Assembly (NCBI GenBank): GCA_025201805.1
Contig: MU619372.1
Span: forward strand, 29,987 to 76,866
Origin: Parasitella parasitica NRRL 2501
Lineage: Eukaryota; Fungi; Mucoromycota
DNA length: 46,880 bases
Direction: 5' to 3'
Shown one piece after another: positions 26,455 to 38,657 of this stretch. Positions within the stretch are counted from its first letter, which is position 1. Every line of letters begins with the position of its first letter. Position numbers and translations under genes: made by a program. The notes under the pieces were generated by a model. The model made no database searches, was not told the DNA's origin, and saw nothing but the letters and a program-made list of their open reading frames with translations.

Positions 26455-28239
26455 ATGGCATCAGTAAGTTGCTGATATGAATCAAAAATTATAGATTAAA
26501 AATTGACACGCTCCACCACAGCATGGCGTACCTCCAGCATTTAAAGAGAGAGGCCCTCTATCTTCTGCATCATCCATAAACGTTCCACGTCGATTTCGTT
26601 TACCAATATTGCTTCTGAGACTTTTATGTTTGGTGCCTTCGACCATAGGCGTTTACAACAACATATTCCACTCTTCCATTCACTCTGCTGAGCATTCGGG
26701 ATTGTTTGAAAGCAAAAGCACACCTTTGATTCACAGAATTGCTCTGCTATGGGTAAGAAACCACTTTTTTGTTTTGCAACTAAGCATACCAACATAATTT
26801 TAGTGTATATTGGCAGGCTACTGGAGCTGGATACTGACAACGAGCACGCTAAAAAGGTGGCTCCATCACTACGAACTTAGCAGTGCGATTGTTCGCCTCA
26901 TTACATTGACCGTCATCAACTGGTCAGTGTCTGCCTACCTTAGCTCTCACTACGGTATTGATCAGCCTATTTGGAAGTGGATGACAGTGTGCCTCATATT
27001 TTTTGTGTCCAATGTCCTCAAAATCACACTGGCAGCAACACCGAAATATTACTCTAGAGCAGAGGACATTGAAGGGCCTCGTATCAACCACAAATCTACA
27101 TTTGTTCGTGTATTGATCTTACCCTTGACTGTGGTTGTGTTCATCACCATGTTTGCGTCTTTGTACCAAGTAAGCCAAATGCGCAAGGAATCTGCAGTGC
27201 TATCAGAGCAGCGCATGGTTATGCCAGTTGCACAGCGACATCCTCAGTTGGCCGAATCGCAGGTGCGTGTAATGGTATTTGTTCTCAGCGCATGGACAGC
27301 CAAAAGCGTCGACAAGCGTAAAGTATTCCGCGAAACCACACTGAAGTTGATGCCCAAGGACAATGAACGCATTTCGTATTTCTACACATTTATTCTGGGT
27401 CAACCACCCAGCGAAAAGATAAAATCGACCATTGGGCCTCTTGTGGAACGAGAGATCAAAGACCACAACGATGTCTTGATTTTGCCCTGCTCTGATCTGT
27501 ATCAAGACCTCAGTAAAAAAGTGTATGCCGCATTCGAATGGGCAGATGACTACGATTTTGATTATTTTGTAAAGACGGACGACGATATCTTTGTTAGGTG
27601 GGACACAATTAGCAAAGAGATGGAGTTGGCTGGAAGGACACAGAGATACTGGCGAGGTTTAGCATACTGGTAAACCAATAACTACCAAGCCAAGACAGCT
27701 AGGGGGTGTGTTTTTTTTTTACTGACGATTTCATACATGTGTTTAGGAACATACCGCCCATCCGAAATTCAGAAAACAAAAACGGTGAGTTGGTGTATCC
27801 TCTGCCTATTTTTCCTCCTTATACAGCGGGAGCTTTGTATATCTTGTCGAGAGACATTGTGCATCTAGTTGCTGGCGTGAGAGGGCCCCGTATGTTTGTT
27901 AAAAACGAGGATCAAAACCTTGGTATCTGGCTGTTTCCGTTCAACATCTTGCCTATCCATGATCGTCGAATCCAGCAAATTGATGTTTGCGAGAATGACA
28001 TGATTGGGAAGCATTTTGGTGATTTTGGGGAAGCAGATGCTATTGGAGGCACCATGTATGATATGCTGGATAATCTCCGCAACGGACGCAAGATGTGTGC
28101 AGGGTTCAAGACGTCTGTTTGCGGTATGTGCTATCCCTGTCATGGTAAAAGCAATCATTGGAGAGATTGGAACTTCGATTGCGATGATAGAAAAGGCGTT
28201 ACGCTCTTAAATTTACCTCAGCTTACAGTGATGGAATAG
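26455..28239 (+). CDS. Eos1-like multi-pass N-terminus fused to a GT31 galactosyltransferase domain (4 exons, 9-nt first exon)
   Basis: MAS|HGVPP...IALLW|CILAGYWSWILT...LKRWLHHYELSSAIVRLITL (Eos1-like). GT31 motifs: F.LG, E...HNDVLIL, DLYQDLSKKV, FVKTDDDIFV, FPPYTAGALYILSRD, NEDQNLGIW. Confidence 0.82.
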
Positions 28240-29763
28240 GTTAACATTTATAATTACTTTTGTTGCATCTTTCCTTCTTGTTATCTTTTTATAGTTTATT
28301 TTGTAATATATCAAAAGCATTAGTCTTTATCATAGAGAAATAATTATACACTCTTGCAAAATGAAGATTCAAAAAGATTCTCATTTTTTTTTTTTGTTGA
28401 TCTATAGGATATGTTGCAAATTGTTCTCTTACAGTTAAAGCATTCTAGAAATATGAATTTTCCCCCGTACACATCAAGTACTATAAAAAAAACAAGCTTT
28501 GAATTCACATCTTCTACAGCCAAAAGTTATGCTCCATGCCCCCTGTTGAGCTAATGTCTAAAATCACAGACAGATCCTTCAAAGCAGGAAACATTGGCAT
28601 GATCAATATTGTATACCTTCAGTCAACAATATTTGCAATACTAGAATGGCATGTTCAATTTTACCACAGTGCTTAGATATGACTGAACGAACTCTGTGGT
28701 CACAGCTGCTTTCCTCATTTGTATTCCTTTTCATCAGAAGCATCTAGTACTTTTAAAAAGACAGTTTCCAGGAATATATAATATTTCTTTTGAGTGATAA
28801 TCTTGGGTGTGAGATATAGTCGTACACAAATATTCCCATTCTCTGTAATCGTACAAATTCAGCTTAGGGTATCCTTGGTGTCAAGAGCTACGATCAGTTC
28901 TTCGCTGAAATAGTTCCAGAGAGAATTTACTTGTTCCGATTTCTGCAGGAAACCGTTTTGCTACAAGGCTAACAAGATTTGATAATATCTGACCATCAAG
29001 CATGCTTGTTATCGTGTGGTTCTCAAGTCAGAGACAGATTAGATGAAGCAAACTGGTGAGAAGTTCTCCAGAGGTTATCTCAACGGATAGCGTTTTGACG
29101 GTAGACGCAATTGAATTGATGGTTTTAATGTTCGCAGCAACTGCATAATTTTTATCCATTGTCAAAAGAAACAAATACTCTAGCAGCTTGATTCCAGTTT
29201 CTGCAATCGTTGCAAATAAAATATTTATACAGAATTTTTCATGTTTTTATAAACTTTTTTTTTTTTTACCTTACCGCTTGAGAAAGGTTATCTATGGCTA
29301 TAATGTATCTAGTTACAATTAGTGGGACATGTCTTGAGAAAATATCTCAAAGTAATGTTAGTAACTTCTTTTATAAACTGAATCAAATATTGAAATCCCA
29401 CTCATTAGATCGCTTGAGGTTTCATTATTTTAAGGCAAATCGAGTTGGATTGAAATGATCATGTGTACAAACCTCATCACATTATCACATGAAAAGTATC
29501 AATATCGAAAACGAACAATACGGGACATAGAAAAGTGTGTCTGCGCAATGATAAGCCTAATTTTTACATAATTTATTATGCTTTTTTTGTGTCTTTATAC
29601 ACTGAATATTTGTGTATGTACGTATGACAATACGAGCTCAAATACTATAGATTTAGAAGAGTATCATCCCAAAAACCGATTGTTGTACAAGCAACATGGA
29701 GAGCAATTTATTGTTTGTTTTGGAATGAAAATAAATAATAGCATGTGAAAATAGGGGATTTCA

Positions 29764-30481
29764 TTACTTCTTGAGGGTACCAATGATGGCAGAAGGTGCA
29801 TACTTTTGAACAACATCAGGCTTATGCATCATGTTGAATTCCTCGGTAGCATCACGACCAGCATAGATGAGAATAGCCTTTTTTCCTCCAGGATGGTCAG
29901 GAAGGAAATCAGTGACGTCCAAGACTTGTCCGTTAACAACAACCCAACAGTCGTCGGGCTTGTTGTGCTTGGCAACATCTTCCAAAGAGTATTCACCCAT
30001 CTTTTTGGGTTCATCAGCTTTTTTGGCCTCTTCTTGAGGAGCAGCAGAAGGTGCTGCTGCCTCGATAGCTTTGGCGGAATTTCCACTAGCTGATGTATTT
30101 CCACCACTATTCGGCATAGAAATATCCAAGCTAATGACGCCGGGTTGATCAGGATTGACGGTAATATTGATGCCAACACCGCCGTTCAAATGTTGGCCGA
30201 TAGCGCCTAAACGCTTTTGGGCTACTTGGGTATTGTTATTGACTAATTGAGAGAACAAATGTCTGGAAGCAGTTTGGCCTGCGACACGACCAAAGACTAC
30301 ACAGCCCAAGAGAGACGAGCCACCCAGACGATTAGCACCATGTACACCACCACACATTTCACCGGTGGCAAAGAGACCTGGAATAGGTAAGCCGTTGGTT
30401 CCTTTGATTTCGGAATCAGGGGTAATCTCAACACCACCCTACGTTCAAGGAATGTTAATATATCTTCTTACACACACACAG

Positions 30482-30512
<31 letters not shown>

Positions 30513-31818
30513 CTAGACGAAAGATAAACTTACCATGGTATAATGAAGCACAGGCTGCATCAAAGCAACATAAAAATCATCAGTCATCTTGATAGGGACA
30601 TTGTGGAAGAAACGCTTGCCCCAAGGATCTTTCTCTTTGCCTTCGGCGATTCTGTTGTATGTTGCAAATGTTTGCTCCAAATGTTTGGGTGGAATGCCCA
30701 TTTCTTTGGCAAGAGCCTCGCCATTGTCAAACTTTTTCATGAGGCCACGACCAGCATAGTGGCGGCAATGCCATTCAATCTCTTTGGAGGCCGCAGTATT
30801 TAAGACTAAGCGAATAGGAAACTTGTTCTTGTTCATCATGCCCGTAACGTAATCACGATGGCCCAATTCGTCACAGAAACGCTTGCCATCAGCATCAAGC
30901 AAAAGGCCACCGCAACCGCGAAGGGCTTCTGCAGCCAAGAACTTGACCTTGGCATCGGGTTCCTTGGGATCGACTAAGCCGGTAGGATGAACTTGAACCT
31001 TCTCCAGATCAATGGTGTTGGCACCAACAGCAGCAGCCATCTTGATACCGTCGCCAGTACAATGGTCGCCGTTAGTGGTAGATAAATTGTACAGCTCAGG
31101 GCGATGTTGTTTGAGCAAAGAGTTGTCAGTGAAGTCAGCAGCATATCCACCGGTGGCAAGGATAACAGGTCCGTACTCCTTAAAGACTTGATCGGTGGCA
31201 CCCTTACCGACAAGAACATATTCGACACCGATGACATTGCCTTGAGAATCCTTAATCAAGTTCTCGACCTTGGCCTTCTTGATGATTTTGGCACGGGTAG
31301 GTTGCTTTTCCGCCAATTCTTCGAACCCTTCCATCAGGGCATAGGTGATGGTCATACCAGGGAACTGCTCCTTGCCACGGTGAGTACGAGGGAAGGAATG
31401 GCCACCCAGGCGAGAGACAAGGGACAAGTCTAACGCAAACTTGTCCTGCAGCCACTCAACAGCGGAACTAGAGCGGCCGGTAAGAACGCGAATGAGATCA
31501 GGACGAGCTAAATCACGCGCAGACTTCAATGTGTCTTGGTAGAATTGCTCGACCGAATCCTTGATGTCCAAGGCGATCTGGGTACGCGTTAAGGCACCAT
31601 TAATACCGGATGTAGCCTTGGTTGAATTGCCACTAGATGGAGACAATCATGAGTAACACACACGTATGAGAAAGTCTTAAAATTTTTATTTTCCCCTACC
31701 CAAAGAAAGGATTTTTATCAAGCAGCAAGACATTTCCGCCTTGTTCATAGACAGTGTGGGCGGCAGAGAGGCCTGAAAGACCACCGCCAACGACAATGAT
31801 TTGGTTACTGAGGGACAT
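29764..31818 (-). CDS. Soluble fumarate reductase (Osm1/Frd1-like flavoprotein) with a C-terminal cytochrome b5 domain (3 exons)
   Basis: [54 protein letters not shown]|[17 protein letters not shown]. The b5 domain has [10 protein letters not shown]...HPGG...GRDATEEF. Confidence 0.93.
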
Positions 31819-32539
31819 TGGTTTATTTGATACAAGTAAATGTAATGAACTAGAAAGGGGAGGAAGGAAAAAAAAAAAGAAAAAGAAAGAGAGATTGCAC
31901 CAGAAACAATATTTATATGCGTTTCTGGTATACCTGATTTAATGCCATAGAACCAACATTTTTACACACATGAAAAAGGCTGTTTGGTTACGAATTCAAG
32001 TCAGGTGGTGCATTCATCTTGATGCACTTTCCCACTCCACTTTTTTTTTGATATATAGTACATGTGCTAATTATTTTTCCCATTTCGCCATGTGCATCTC
32101 TCACACTAAGTAACAACCTTATTAACGATATATTTAAAGCGCTGGTGTTTGTATGATAAATAGCAACACAAATAAACAAATACAAGAACCGAAAATGGCC
32201 CATCCTCATTTTGAGACGAACATGGCACTTGTGTGCCTTGTAAATCAAAGAAACGACAGCCGCCGTAGCCACTGCTAAATATATGATGAATACAACAAGA
32301 CATGCTTTAAACATGTAGTAAGGTTTAATTTGATGAAAAAAAAATTATGCATGATTATGGAAAAAAAAACAAAAAAAAAGAATGTACAAAGGAGAGTGTT
32401 ACACAAATGAGTGGGAATGGTGGTAAATGAAAGGTTGGGTATATATATTGTAAAAAAATTTGTTACGAATTACAAAAATTGGCATAAAAAAGTGTGTCGT
32501 ATACAGGTTATATGGGCATAGAGGAAAGAAAAAGAAATA

Positions 32540-32641
32540 GTATAGGTGTTTTGAGCATAGGTGTTTTGAGCATAGGTGTTGTAGGCATAGAGGTGTTGTA
32601 GGCATAGAAATGTTGTAGGCATATAGGTATTGCAGGCATAG
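32540..32641. repeat. Degenerate 15-17 bp tandem repeat (GCATAG(AG)GTGTTKTRR, about 6.5 copies) immediately after the kinesin stop codon
   Basis: gtataggtgttttga|gcataggtgttttga|gcataggtgttgtag|gcatagaggtgttgtag|gcatagaaatgttgtag|gcatataggtattgcag|gcatag. Confidence 0.9.
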
Positions 32642-32651
32642 TAAATGAGTG

Positions 32652-34341
32652 TTATTTGCTTAATTTATCCAACGGATATAGTTTGTCAATGTTCTTTATC
32701 CAGTCGCTCATATCCGATTTTGAATGGGCTTGCAAAATGTAGGCATTGTTGTTTGTGTACAAGGAAAATACGTTATTACGCTATAATAAACACTTGAGTA
32801 TTTTCTGTCATTTTGTGATGTAACCAGCGAGTAACTCACCTTGATCATCTGCTCCAGTGCGCGATTATGATCAACTCTGACAGTTGAGATATTGATAATG
32901 CCCTTCTCTTCTTTCATTGATTGACTTGAGTAAATGTAAATATATGGCCTTATATTATTATTTTTTGTGCATAAAGGTTAGTCATTGTAAATTACAAATA
33001 GCGGGTCCAAATAAGCTTATACCTTCGCAAAACGAACCATCTTTTGACCCATTTATCATCCAGCGCGTTTTCTTGATAGGTTAGATATCCCGTTTTAGTA
33101 GCATTGTCACTAATCAATATCGCATTAATTATCTGGAGGCGCAAAAACTATGTTTAAGTCTTACAATTCGGTCACGAGCTTGACTTCCGATATCAGCTTG
33201 GACGAATTCCATGCTTCTTTTTGTATCAAATCCAAGTCTTGCATACCAGGGATAGGTGGATCCTGAGTAAGGATAATCTATTAAAAAAAAAAACGTATGA
33301 TGGTTAGATTACTGTTACACCAACGGCCTGCAATTATATCATGCATACATCCTTGTCTGTTCCCCATTTACTATTCCAAATCGTTAATACTTTTTGGATC
33401 AGATCGGATTGCTTGGGCTGCAAGAAAGTGCCAGAAGATTTGCCAAGAGACTCTTTATCTGCATTCATGGATCCATGGCTTGTTTGTGATCGAGCAGTAT
33501 GCAACATGAGCGTCTGGGTTGTGTCCGCTACTTGATTTTTTCTGCAAATGCGTTCTTGAATGTGTCGGAAATCATTAATCAACGAAACACCACGAGGACG
33601 CCATGAGCCCAAAGACTCTTCTCCAGGCACGTATTTCGTGGCTGTATTCAACCGCCACAATTGGCTAACCCGGCGAGTCATTGGAGAGCGAAGGTGAATC
33701 AAAAAGACGCCACTGCATTTGTCCAAGCTTTTGTGTGATCCCAAGAGCTTTCGAAGACGAAAGTTGGATGTATCTCGGCCCTGAATACGCACAGCAATGT
33801 CCATACTACACGGGATGGCCTTGGAGCATTTCTCCACTTCAATCTCCCATTTTAAATTGAGCAGAATGCGATTGTTTGAAGCTGTCAATTGATTGAGAGT
33901 CGGGCAATCGTGTTGCGACGAATCCCACGATCCTTCAGCAACGAGGACGCTGGTGCCATCAGTATTGTATTGGACTTTTTGGCGTGATAATAAGCGGATA
34001 CCGATATCTTCATGTGTAGGCGAGTTGATAATGCGACCTTTGGAATCCATGAATCGGACTTGGCCGATTGTTGCCTTGGAAACTTTGCTCCAGAGTAACT
34101 GCCGCCCAGACGTGTGTGACAAAGTAATGCAGATGCGACGCTGCAAACCTTGTCGCAAGCTGAAGACGCCTCGATCGTGTGGATTTTGAGATTCCACTTG
34201 AACAGGCACATATTCACCGTTTGGCATCAGCTCACAAATCTGAATCCAAGCAAGGACATCATGTCTCTCGGTAGCCAAAAGTTCTTCTTCGGGACGACGA
34301 TCTATGCTCGATGGTCCTTGCTGTGGTTGCTGTAGCTGATT

Positions 34342-34374
<33 letters not shown>

Positions 34375-37300
34375 TTGCTGCTGCTGAGGATTTTGTTGCT
34401 TAGAAGCCAACATTTCTGCTAAACGAGGTTTTTCACGTTGATCATCCCAGCGTTCGTAAGCGGACAATATCTTTGGCTGTGCAATGCCATACACCTCAAA
34501 AGCAATCATCTTATGCAGCAAAATGTCTTTTGTAACTTTAGTAACAACGATAGATAATGTTTGGCTGTAATCAAGCGAGATGTTACTGTTGCTGCCAAAT
34601 CCACTGATGGGATCAGTAGCAAACAGTTTGTCAGCCGAGGAATAAGGTGCGATGCCACCAAACGAGGAGAGACGATACTGCACATGGAGTTGAGTGAATT
34701 CAGCCTCATTGAGTCCAATAAGCTCCAACAATCGAATTTCAAAGAGCAACTGCTGACCGACTTGCAATGCATCATCATCCTCAGCAGTTTTTTCAGCCTG
34801 TAGTTCATTGGCATCCGATTGTTTTGCAGCAAGATACTTGGATGCTGTGCCCGATCGAGCTATTGGAGACACCAACAACTTCAGCTTACCTTTGACTTGG
34901 CCAGTGATTCGACACAAGATCTCGACGCAGCTTTCATACGCTTGTTGCTTACTGTTCAAATTGCGTACAGACACCGAAGCGCTTCCCACAAACGAATACT
35001 TTGGGCATGGCAATTCGTAGAAAGAATCTTCCCAATTGAAGTGCTTGCGATACTGAGGTTTGTCGACGAGGTCACGAAGGTTTCTCATCTTGTGCAAACG
35101 AGCCTTCAGCTTGTCAAGCGACCAAACATAGATGGCCTGGTTCTTGTGGTCGATGACACGAATACCAACACAAGGCTTGGGGCTGCTTATTAACGTCTCG
35201 TCTTGCTGGTCGTCTTGGTCAAACTGCTGCAGACTGGATGTTTCTTCCCAGTGAGACTTGAGCTGTGCGTAATCTTCTTCAATGACTGTAAACTGGTAGA
35301 CGACATTCTTTTCCAATTCACGGGATATGATGTTGGCTTCTTTTAATAAAACAGCGTGCGTCAAGACCACTTCTGCCATGGTGACATGGTGAAGTCGCTT
35401 CCAGCGCTGAAAGACGGTTTGAACGAGTTTTTTTTGATGAGGCGAGTAGACAGATGCGCCGCTGGTTGCGCTATTATAATCAGCTCCCATTGACGACATG
35501 CGGTGCAGTTCAGCTTCGTAAAAACTGCGCTGAAGATCTAATTCCTTTTGATGCTTTTTCTTGACCTCTTTGAATTTTTCCTGCAAAGGAGACTGAACCA
35601 CCAATGTTGCGTCTGTGTAGATACTGCCGTCATCAGTCACTGTAGCTGCTGTGGACAATCGGCGTAAACTGCTTGAAGCAGACTCATCATCGGCGAAATC
35701 TGTGCGGCTATCTGCTCGGCTGTCCGTGCGAATGCGTCTTGAATTGCGGATTCTGCCAAGATTGCCCCATAATTTCTCGATTTCTTCGTCTGACAATGTT
35801 TTGACATTCTCTTCCAAGGCATAGTGATTGCGCATAGCTTCCAAGCGAGCGTAATTCCAATCCATAACATCCGAATTCACGATACCGTTGCTGAGGTCGG
35901 CGCTTGTGATGTTATCATCTTCTTCTGAGCTAAATAAGCCTAGCGACGAGCGATCTGTGCAAGAGCTAGCAGTAGTAGCTCTCAAGGCATCGTTTCTCTC
36001 TCTGCGTACTTCTTCTGGATGGTTGAATCGAAATATATGATGGTGCCCCAAAATAATGCGATATCCATTTTTGAGACGACGGGGCTCGCTGATGCGTATG
36101 CCGTTCACCATAGTCATGGCTTCCTTATGGTTTGGATACAATGTCACTGTATTGTCAGGACCTGCTTCGAACCAACAGTGCTCGTCTTGGATATTGGAGC
36201 CACTGAGTCGAATCTCACAATCGACGCTACTCTCTTGTCTGCCAACACGAGTCTTGCCTGCTTTGATTTGATACATGAGGCATTCTGACATGAGGGGGTC
36301 TTCGTTGAGATTGACAATGAACGGAATGGTCTTGGGCATGTAAATACCCATGTTGCTTTTGTCGATGGTGATACCCAGCTCCTTCAATGTCTTTTCTCGG
36401 TCTGAATGAATCTGTTGCGTGCGTTTCAGCTTCTCTTCCCAGGTTTCGTTGAGATTGGCAAGCAGCTTTTCTGAGCTTTGCAGCTGGTCTACGATTTCTT
36501 GTTTGGTCATTTCCTTTGTGTTGCCTTGATCGTCTTGGATAATAAGCACTTGGTTCGCATTCTTGATGGCTGAATGAGTTGGTATTGGAGTTAGCGGCCC
36601 GTCTATGCCAGTGCTTGTGCTTTCCTGTCTGAAGGCACTGGAGGCAGTTAATTCGTCGACTACCTCAGGAGCATGCACTCGCAAGCGATCACGAAGCGTT
36701 GCCAGCTCTTCTTTCAACTCGCGAATCATCTTGGCGTTAGGGTCTTCATTGACCACTGCCTTGTTTTGAATCTTCTTTGCCTGATCAGCATATCTTAGCG
36801 TACTCAATGTCTCGTCGTAGTCTGCTGGTGAAATCGCAGCGATCATGGCAGTTTTAGAATTTCCACCCAACGAGTCTTTGAGCAACCAAGTCAGTACTGA
36901 ATCGCGATATGGGATAAAGACTTCCTTTTGCTTCTTGCCGCTCTTTTTAGGTGCTGCATCTGCAATTGACTGATCTGCTAGGCCAGAAATGACTTTTCCG
37001 AGTGTTGTTAATGATCGATTGATGTTGGCACCCTCTTTCAAACGAGCGCCAGTAGCGCCAGTGCTGTTTGCACGTTCGCTACCAGCCAAATCGACCAGAC
37101 TGTGTATATGCGTGCGTTTACGCGGACGATTAGACACTAGAATGATTATATAAGACATTTTGATTTTACCTGATACGAGCTACTTTTTCAGTCTCTTGCT
37201 TTGTGGTTTCATCTAATCTTGTCTGTGTTAAAAACAGCGTAAATACGGCATGAGATCTGGAGGAGGTCTCGTTCATGTTTGTCGCCGCAATGGTGCGAGC

Positions 37301-38030
37301 TTTGTTGCCTTCGTCCATCAGGTGATTGATGTCATCGAACGATCGCACAACTAGGCGAGACAGATCTTCGACGTAAGGTCCAAGCGATGGATGCTCACGG
37401 ACTTTGAGGTTGCCCTTGTTTTTGGGGTTCAATAGATCACGCACTTTTTCATTGTAGATTTCGATGTAAGAGACTTCCAATCGGTATGTAAGGTTGGTCT
37501 CGCTGTTTTTTTGGATGCGGTTGAACAATTCCTCGCAGGTTTTTGGTATGATACCTTTATCTTCGCCATAACCCATCTAAACAAGTAAAGAATGAGGTCT
37601 CTGTGTGTGTGTATGTGTGTGCTTATTGAAGGGTGGTAGTTACCATTGAGTACGACTTTCCTGAGCCTGTTTGGCCATCTATTGTAATTCCAATTTATTA
37701 GGACATGTTTGAATGTATTGAATTGCACTTACAAGCAAAAATACAGCAATTATAGCCATCGAATGCATGGTTGAGCAGATCTTCACCAAGATCATTGTAA
37801 ACCATTTCTTGATCTGCATAAGTTGGGTCATTTTTATCTGCAGACCAATAAGACTTATCGAATGTAAATGCTTTCACATCTTCCATATCACGATTTCCTT
37901 TGTGATCTGGTGGTTTAGTGATGATTGTTTGATCCCCTTCCATTCGAATTAGACATGTAGCTCCGCGCGCAATTTCTCTAGAGTTTAACGGTCGGCATCG
38001 AACAACAACTTTGATGTTTCCACCACTCAT
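32652..38030 (-). CDS. unc104: Kinesin-3 (Unc104/KIF1 family): motor, FHA, stalk and C-terminal PH domain; multi-exon
   Basis: [30 protein letters not shown] (small exon), [41 protein letters not shown] and the FHA region [12 protein letters not shown]...FRFNHP. The spliced PH domain reads KTGYL...[16 protein letters not shown]...DWI...SK*. Confidence 0.95.
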
Positions 38031-38200
38031 TCTGTATAAAATATGTGAGTTGGCTGGATATGATATTTTGTTGGCTTCTTGGATGCATACTTTACTAAAT
38101 TTCACTTGGGTTTCTAAAAAAATATATATATTTGTCGTTATATTGTTGTATCAAATTCAAATTTTCTTCAAAGAACAATGGTTTGGAGTTGTAAATACTG

Positions 38201-38257
<57 letters not shown>
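38201..38257 (+). repeat. Poly(A) tract of about 57 nt (poly-T on the kinesin sense strand) upstream of kinesin
   Basis: Directly visible homopolymer. Confidence 0.95.
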
Positions 38258-38259
<2 letters not shown>

Positions 38260-38657
38260 GAAAAAGGGGAAAAACCACAAAAAATAATGCTACAGCGAAA
38301 TTAGGTATTTAATTAACAGGAAAGAGGGGGGGTGGATAGAGGTGACACAGTGCCAAATGACACTTTTTGTTAAAATTAGCTCACGATACACAACGCTTTG
38401 TAACAGATTGATGAGAGATCAAGAGCTTTCATTTATTATCGAGCTATGCAGGTTTCTTTAAGATATACATTGCTATGTTGATTGATAAGGTATTTTTAAG
38501 CATACTGGTTTATTATCATGGCCTTGAGACTTCTGTATGTATATTACGTTCATTCTTCCAACACAATGACAACAAGCACCAGTATTGAATGAGCAAGTGC
38601 AGCGATTTGATGGTATCAACACAGCTTTATTAACATTATTATTATTAGCAATGATTT

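Noticed and set aside
29764-30000. Cytochrome b5 fused to fumarate reductase as a novel architecture
   Set aside because: This architecture is already known in fungal Osm1-like proteins.
32540-32641. CRISPR-like array
   Set aside because: Eukaryotic context; the units are 15-17 bp head-to-tail with no unique spacers, so it is a minisatellite.
6089-36288. Numerous short antisense or alternate-frame ORFs overlapping the called genes
   Set aside because: They are shadow ORFs of real coding exons and have no independent motifs.
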